From Gemmatimonadota bacterium (GTDB lineage Bacteria > Gemmatimonadota > Gemmatimonadetes > Palauibacterales > Palauibacteraceae): DNA of 12,386 nucleotides. The position numbers were made by a program, and so were the translations under genes. The first letter of the stretch is position 1. Each line of letters begins with the position of its first letter. Of the stretch, positions 7,253 to 12,386 are shown piece by piece. Location of the stretch: positions 1 to 12,386 of the forward strand of contig JBHIAV010000067.1 in assembly GCA_046758745.1 (NCBI GenBank). The letters run 5' to 3'. A model generated the notes under the pieces. That model did not search any database and was not told the DNA's origin. It saw only the letters and a program-made list of their open reading frames with translations.

Positions 7253-7263
7253 AGGACCAAGAC

Positions 7264-10029
7264 CTAGAAATCCTTCCGGAGCCCGAGCACAAGGCGCCGC
7301 GGGAGCACGGGCCGTGCCAGGAAGATGTCGGCCAGCCCACCCAAGGACTCGTCGAGCCGCGGGTTCCCCTCCGTCAGACCCTCGCTGTCCAGCAGGTTCG
7401 AGACGTTCGCCGTGAGCGTGAGCCCCGACCCCACGTTCAGGGAAGCGCCCGCGCTCACCACGCCGAACTCGGGAAGGTCGATCGTGTTCGAGTTGTTCGA
7501 GAAACGGTGCCCGATGAAGTTCCAGCCGGCCCGCAGGCGGAAGCCCTCGTACATGACGGTGCCGGTGACGTCCCACAGCACCCGCGGGATGCGGCGGACC
7601 CGGTTGCCGTCGCGGACCTCCTCAACATCGTCGACGACCTCGACGAAGTCAGTGAGCTCCGGGTCCTGCACGGTGGCGATCGCGTTGATCCGGAAGTACG
7701 GCGACGGCTGCGCCACCACCTCGAGCTCCCCGCCGATGGTGCGCGCCTCGCCGACGAACACGGTCACGACCTCCGTCTCCCCCGTCACCGGATCCACGCG
7801 CGCGTCCTGGCTCGGGAAGTCCTTGATGAGCAGCCAGTAGACGACGGCGGAGAGGCCGAGCTTCGGCGTCCCGACCTTCACGCCGCCCTCCGCCTGCCAC
7901 AGCTCCTCCGCCTCGTCGGGGAAGCCCTCGGCCTCCCGGTCGGTGCCCGAGAAGAGGAAATTGTCGAGGATCGGCATCTTGTACCCGCGGCTCCCGCGCG
8001 CGTACAGCGAGACGTTCTCGTTGAGCGAGTAGTTGATGCCGAGCGAGGCGGCCCACTCGTCGAAGTCGACGTTGATCCGCTCGAACTCGCCGGTGCCGAA
8101 GTTGACCCCGTTTACCAGCGTGTCTGCTTCGATAAATCCGTCCGCATCCGATGGCCCACCCAGGTCGAATGCTTCCGTCTCCTCGACGTTCTGCTCGAAC
8201 TCGTCGTGCTCGAAGCGGCCGCCGATGTCAATCCGCCACCGGTCGTTGATCTGGATCTGGTCGCCTCCGAAGAAGGCGGCGATCGTGGCGTTCGAGGTCC
8301 CGTTAACGAAGAACGGCAGATAGCGGCGGAAGCCGTTGTTGGTGACCTGCCGGATGACGCTGCCCCCCGCGTCGAGGACCTCCAGATCGAGGAAGTTGGG
8401 CCGGTCCACCACGTTCGTCAGGATGTCGTTGAAGAACCAGGTGTTGCCCGCCGTGTAGTGCGAGAAGTAGCTGCCCACCGCGAGGTTGTGGGTCGTGTTG
8501 CCGGCGATGGCACGCTTGGTGACCTGGAACTGGTTCGCCACGTCGCTGAGCGGCTTCGCCACGTGCCACTCGCCGGCCTTGAGAGCCAGGCCGTTCGGGT
8601 TCGGGCAGCCGGCAGCGCCGAACGTCGCGCCTCCCTCCACGCAGGTCAGCCGGAAGCCGGCCCCGCCCGGAGTGTCATCCACAAATTCCTGCGCCAACTC
8701 GTTCGCGTCCACCAGGTCGAACGGAACCATCGCGTTCCACGTGTGGTCGATGTCCATGAAGCGGAGCTTGTTCTGGATCTCCACTTCGCCGGGGAGCGTG
8801 AGCCCGAACTCCGCCATCACGGACCCACCGACCTGCTTCTGCCCGTCATCCAGCGGGAGGAGCAAGTCGCCGTTGTTCCGCGGGAGCGGCACCCGCTTGT
8901 CGATCCCCTCCCGGCTCGTCAGGGTCCCCTCGCGCTCGAAGCCCGTCACGAAGTCTATGCCTTCGATCTCCCCGTCCGCATCGAACTCGCCCTGGATGGG
9001 CACCGGGAGGAAGAAGATGTTGCGGTCGTTCAGGTACTTGCCGTACAACCGAAAGTACCCGTTCTCGAAGGAGCGTGTGATGTTGGCCTTGATCTGTCCG
9101 CCGGTCGAGGCGGGGAAGTCCGGGTCCCGCACCCCGTCGTCGAAGCGGTAGAAGCCGCCGATGTTGAAGAGCCAGTCCGGCCCGAGAGGGCCGTTGATGT
9201 TGAGGTCGTACCGGTTGAGCCCGCCGGTCCCGATCTGCGCGCCCATTGTCCCGCCGATCTCGGGGCCGCCCGTCTTGCTGATGTAGTTGACCACGCCGCC
9301 GGGTGCGTTGCTCCCGAAGAGCGCGGAGTTCCCGCCCCGCACCGCCTCCAACCGGTCGATGTTGTCGTCGACCCGCACGAAGATGTCGGCGTTGACGAAG
9401 AAGAGCTCGGTGGAGGAGTATACGGGCATCCCGTCCTCCATCAGCGCCACGTAACGGAAGGAGCCGTCCGCCGGGAGCCCGCGAGCGAACAGGTTGCCCC
9501 CGACCTCGCCGCCCGAGCTCTCCACGTAGAAGCCGGGCACGACCTTGAGCAGATCCGCCGTGCTGCGCGGAGCCCGCGCCTGAATCTCCTGCGAGTTGAC
9601 GGTGCTGATCGCCGTGCTCGACTCCAGCTTCCGCTCCGGAGTTCGGGTGCCGGTCACCACGATCGTCTCCAGGTCGAGCTGGTCGAGGTCGAGGGCGAAG
9701 TTCTGCGTCGCCGTGGCGCCGGCCGCTACGGTCACCGACGCGGTGCCCCTCCTGTACCCGATGAGGCGGGCCACCACGGTGTGCGTCCCGGCCGGCACCT
9801 CCTCGATGCGATAGGCACCGTTCGCGTCGGAGATCGTCCCGAGGCGTGTGCCCTCGATCGTGACCTGCGCGAAGCCGAGCCGGGCGCCGGTGACGTCGGT
9901 GACCGAGCCGGCGATGGCCCCCACCTGCTCCTGGGCCAGGGCGCCGGGCGGTGCCGCAATCAGGAACGCAAGCGCAAGCGCGCCCGAGATCAGACGGATG
10001 GATCCGGAGTCTTGTCTTTCAATTTGCAT
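7264..10029 (-). CDS. TonB-dependent outer-membrane receptor with N-terminal carboxypeptidase-regulatory-like extension, 921 aa
   Basis: SD AGGAG (10042-10038); Sec signal ending ALA|QEQ; N-terminal extension (GAIAGSVTD...GTISDANGAYRIEEVPAGTHTVVARLIGY); TonB box LETIVVTG; plug (ADLLKVVPG...IDRLEAVRGGNSALFGSNAPGGVVNYISK); beta-barrel; NVSNLLD; C-terminal Phe (LGLRKDF). Confidence 0.95.
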   Translation of the reverse strand: MQIERQDSGSIRLISGALALAFLIAAPPGALAQEQVGAIAGSVTDVTGARLGFAQVTIEGTRLGTISDANGAYRIEEVPAGTHTVVARLIGYRRGTASVTVAAGATATQNFALDLDQLDLETIVVTGTRTPERKLESSTAISTVNSQEIQARAPRSTADLLKVVPGFYVESSGGEVGGNLFARGLPADGSFRYVALMEDGMPVYSSTELFFVNADIFVRVDDNIDRLEAVRGGNSALFGSNAPGGVVNYISKTGGPEIGGTMGAQIGTGGLNRYDLNINGPLGPDWLFNIGGFYRFDDGVRDPDFPASTGGQIKANITRSFENGYFRLYGKYLNDRNIFFLPVPIQGEFDADGEIEGIDFVTGFEREGTLTSREGIDKRVPLPRNNGDLLLPLDDGQKQVGGSVMAEFGLTLPGEVEIQNKLRFMDIDHTWNAMVPFDLVDANELAQEFVDDTPGGAGFRLTCVEGGATFGAAGCPNPNGLALKAGEWHVAKPLSDVANQFQVTKRAIAGNTTHNLAVGSYFSHYTAGNTWFFNDILTNVVDRPNFLDLEVLDAGGSVIRQVTNNGFRRYLPFFVNGTSNATIAAFFGGDQIQINDRWRIDIGGRFEHDEFEQNVEETEAFDLGGPSDADGFIEADTLVNGVNFGTGEFERINVDFDEWAASLGINYSLNENVSLYARGSRGYKMPILDNFLFSGTDREAEGFPDEAEELWQAEGGVKVGTPKLGLSAVVYWLLIKDFPSQDARVDPVTGETEVVTVFVGEARTIGGELEVVAQPSPYFRINAIATVQDPELTDFVEVVDDVEEVRDGNRVRRIPRVLWDVTGTVMYEGFRLRAGWNFIGHRFSNNSNTIDLPEFGVVSAGASLNVGSGLTLTANVSNLLDSEGLTEGNPRLDESLGGLADIFLARPVLPRRLVLGLRKDF

Positions 10030-10177
10030 GGCTTCATCTCCTGCCTGGCATTCACCCGCGCTCGATGCACGAGCCTTCTCCCAACGAGCTATGAGCCTCG
10101 CAGGTTACCGAGAAACGGCGCCAGGCGGCGGCGCCGTGCACAACGCGACCCTGGGCGGGGGCCGGTGCAACTGCTCG

Positions 10178-10249
10178 GTTTTGTTAGCGGCGTTTGGTTA
10201 GCGGCACAATTTCTGCCATACCGTCGTCTAAGTCAAGGCAGCGCTTTCA
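10178..10249. promoter_or_regulatory. Core of the divergent TBDR/GH15 control region: direct repeats, sigma54-like palindrome, LacI-type half site
   Basis: gttttgttagcggc / gtttggttagcggc (10178-10205, 13/14 identical); GGCACAATTTCTGCC (10203-10217) gives GG-N10-GC on both strands; minus-strand TTGACT (10236-10231); AGCGCTTTCA (10240-10249). Confidence 0.45.
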
Positions 10250-10433
10250 GGAGAGGCATAGACGGGCGCGCCGCGCCACCTCGCGGGGCCGGTGGTCACC
10301 GAAGGTGGAAGGGGGCCATGCCGAGCATCGACTTGCGGTGTTCCTTCGGTGCTTTGTCGGCCATACTTTCTTGGCAGGCGGGCCGATCCGTAAGCTGCGC
10401 CGGGCTGCCCTAGCGCGAGAGAGAGACAACGCC

Positions 10434-12263
10434 ATGGCCTACAAGCCGCTGCGTGACTACGGTCTCATCGGGGACCTGCGGACGGCGGCGCTCGTCGCGC
10501 GCGACGGCTCCATCGACTGGTGCTGCTTCCCGCGCTTCGACAGCCCCAGCGTCTTCGCGGCTCTTCTCGACGACCGCCGAGGCGGGTGTTGGTCGGTGGC
10601 CCCGGTCCACTCCCAGACCTCGACCCAGCGCTACGAGGATCTCACCAACATCCTCGTGACGACCTTTGGCTGCGGTAGCAGCGGCATCCTCCAGCTCCTC
10701 GACTTCATGCCGTTGACAGGAGAGGAGACGGGGTTTCCCAACCCGCACGAGATCCACCGCCGCGTCGAAGCCGTGGGCGGCGACGTGGAGGTCGAGATCC
10801 GCTTCCAGCCCCGCTTCGACTACGCCCGCTCCAGCACCCGCTTCCGGAGCCGCCGTCACGGCATCCTTGCCACCAACGGCAAGGACGAGACCCTCACGCT
10901 GTCGAGCAGCGAGCGGGTGTCGTGGAAGATGGACGACGAGCAAGGGGAGGCGCGTGCGCGGCTGACCGTCGGGCGCGGCACCCGCGTCTGGCTTGTCCTC
11001 CGGTACGACGACGACGAGGTGTGGCCCGCGGATGACTACCACAGCGAGCAGAAGCTAACGCACACGCGAAAGTTCTGGCTGGATTGGTGCGCGGACATCG
11101 GATACGACGGTCCCTACCGGCCGATGGTGGAGCGTTCGGCTCTCGTTCTGAAGCTCCTCGTATACGCCCCGACGGGAGCCATCATCGCCTCTCCGACCAC
11201 GTCCCTGCCGGAGGTAGTCGGCGGCACCCGGAACTGGGACTATCGCTACAGCTGGCTTCGGGATGCCACCTTCATGCTCTTCGGTCTGTACGCCCTCGGA
11301 AAGTTTCGCGAGCTCGATCTGTACACGAATTTCCTCAAGAAGATCTGTCGAAAAGAGTCCGAGCATCTCCAGATCATGTACGGGGTCGGGGGCGAGCTGC
11401 GCCTGCCCGAGGAGGAGCTGTCGCACCTCGAGGGATACCGGGGCTCCGCGCCAGTACGGATCGGCAACGCCGCCGTCGATCAAATCCAGCTCGACGTGTA
11501 CGGTGAAGTCCTGGACGCGATGCATATTTGGCGCAGGAAGCACCCGATGACGGAGGGCATGTGGGAGCTCTGTAGAGGCCTCGCCGACTTGGTCGTGGAG
11601 AACTGGCGCCGACCCGACCACGGAGCATGGGAGGTGCGGGACAGGCCGCGCCACTACGTGTTCAGCAAGATGATGTGTTGGGTCGCGCTCGACCGCGCGA
11701 TTCGGGCCGCCGAGGACCTCCGACTGGGCGGCCCGGTCGACCGCTGGCGGGCTACGCGCGAGGAGATCCGGGAGGAGATCCTGAGCCGCGGATGGAGCGA
11801 AGAACGGGGGGCCTTCACGCAGCACTACGAGACCGACCGGATGGACGCGGCCAACCTCACCATACCGATGGTCCGCTTCCTCCCGCCCGACGACCCCCGG
11901 GTGATCGGGACTATCGAGCAGATCCAAGCCGAGCTCACTCACCCCGGGTCGGGGCTGCTGTACCGCTACCGGACTCCGGATGGGCTCCCCGGACAGGAGG
12001 GAACGTTCTGCGTCAACACCTTCCAGCTCGCGCAGGCGTACGCCATGTGCGGCCACCACGAGCGGTCGGTCCAGGTCTTCGAGTCGGTTCTACGCTATGC
12101 CAGCCCGCTGGGCCTGTTCAGTGAGGAGATCGATCCGGATACGGGCGAGCTGCTCGGAAACTACCCCCAGGGGTTCAGCCACATCGGCCTGATCAACGCC
12201 GCCCACGTCATCGCGCGCACGCGGCCCCGGACGATGGCCACCTTCGCGCTCCTTCCCGAGTAG
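10434..12263 (+). CDS. Glycoside hydrolase family 15, trehalase/glucoamylase-like, cytoplasmic, 609 aa
   Basis: N-terminal DYGLIGDLRTAALVARDGSIDWCCFPRFDSPSVFAALLD (trehalase-like N domain); TGAIIASPTTSLPE, RNWDYRYSWLRDA, QLDVYGE, WEVR, SKMMCWVALDRA, GLFSEE, GNYPQGFSHIGLI. Start placed at ATG 10434; no signal peptide. Confidence 0.93.
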   Translation: MAYKPLRDYGLIGDLRTAALVARDGSIDWCCFPRFDSPSVFAALLDDRRGGCWSVAPVHSQTSTQRYEDLTNILVTTFGCGSSGILQLLDFMPLTGEETGFPNPHEIHRRVEAVGGDVEVEIRFQPRFDYARSSTRFRSRRHGILATNGKDETLTLSSSERVSWKMDDEQGEARARLTVGRGTRVWLVLRYDDDEVWPADDYHSEQKLTHTRKFWLDWCADIGYDGPYRPMVERSALVLKLLVYAPTGAIIASPTTSLPEVVGGTRNWDYRYSWLRDATFMLFGLYALGKFRELDLYTNFLKKICRKESEHLQIMYGVGGELRLPEEELSHLEGYRGSAPVRIGNAAVDQIQLDVYGEVLDAMHIWRRKHPMTEGMWELCRGLADLVVENWRRPDHGAWEVRDRPRHYVFSKMMCWVALDRAIRAAEDLRLGGPVDRWRATREEIREEILSRGWSEERGAFTQHYETDRMDAANLTIPMVRFLPPDDPRVIGTIEQIQAELTHPGSGLLYRYRTPDGLPGQEGTFCVNTFQLAQAYAMCGHHERSVQVFESVLRYASPLGLFSEEIDPDTGELLGNYPQGFSHIGLINAAHVIARTRPRTMATFALLPE

Positions 12264-12269
12264 TCGGCG

Positions 12270-12297
12270 GCCGGGCCCGCCCGGCGGGCGGACCGGC
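12270..12297. terminator. Imperfect GC hairpin between the convergent GH15 and gyrB genes
   Basis: gccgg..ccgccc / gggcgg.ccggc; no U-tract, so termination is uncertain. Confidence 0.3.
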
Positions 12298-12334
12298 GAT
12301 TCGAGGGGGCACGACGCGCGCCCGGACGGACCCC

Positions 12335-12386
12335 CTACACGTCCAGGTTGCGGACGTACTTCGCGTTCTGCTCGATGAACTCCCGG
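12335..12386 (-). CDS. gyrB: DNA gyrase subunit B, C-terminal 16 codons (partial)
   Basis: Minus strand CGG GAG TTC ATC GAG CAG AAC GCG AAG TAC GTC CGC AAC CTG GAC GTG TAG = REFIEQNAKYVRNLDV*, the characteristic GyrB terminus (RR.FIE.NA..V.NLD[IV]). ParE cannot be fully excluded from 16 residues. Confidence 0.82.
   Translation of the reverse strand, partial: REFIEQNAKYVRNLDV

Noticed and set aside
7216-10413. 1065-aa plus-strand ORF
   Set aside because: Antisense shadow of the TBDR gene; no recognisable motifs, and long stop-free antisense frames are expected with high GC3.
10194-10433. 80-aa N-terminal extension of the GH15 ORF
   Set aside because: Covers the divergent control region; the family N-terminus starts at MAYKPLRDYGLIGD (10434).
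11055-12059. 334-aa minus-strand ORF
   Set aside because: Antisense shadow of the GH15 gene.

Overview
High-GC bacterial window from a diderm organism (it encodes a TonB-dependent receptor; a Gemmatimonadota-like origin is only my guess). Left to right: (i) probable start of a minus-strand gene at the left edge; (ii) a degenerate 32-bp-period repeat array that includes the thyX stop codon; (iii) thyX (flavin-dependent thymidylate synthase, minus strand, about 370-2499), interrupted inside its RHRx7S signature by a 383-aa intein (1057-2205) carrying an HTH, basic NUMOD-like segments and a Zn-finger HNH endonuclease instead of the usual LAGLIDADG domain; (iv) a four-gene CUT1 sugar ABC importer (trehalose/maltose-type lipoprotein, two permeases, MalK-like ATPase) with a compound tandem repeat before the ATPase; (v) a convergent 921-aa TonB-dependent receptor; (vi) a divergent cytoplasmic GH15 trehalase/glucoamylase-like hydrolase; (vii) the last 16 codons of gyrB at the right edge. 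The most notable items are the HNH homing intein in the ThyX active-site motif and a SusD-less TBDR + ABC + GH15 alpha-glucoside uptake locus between thyX and gyrB. All calls come from motif recognition by eye; no database search was run.
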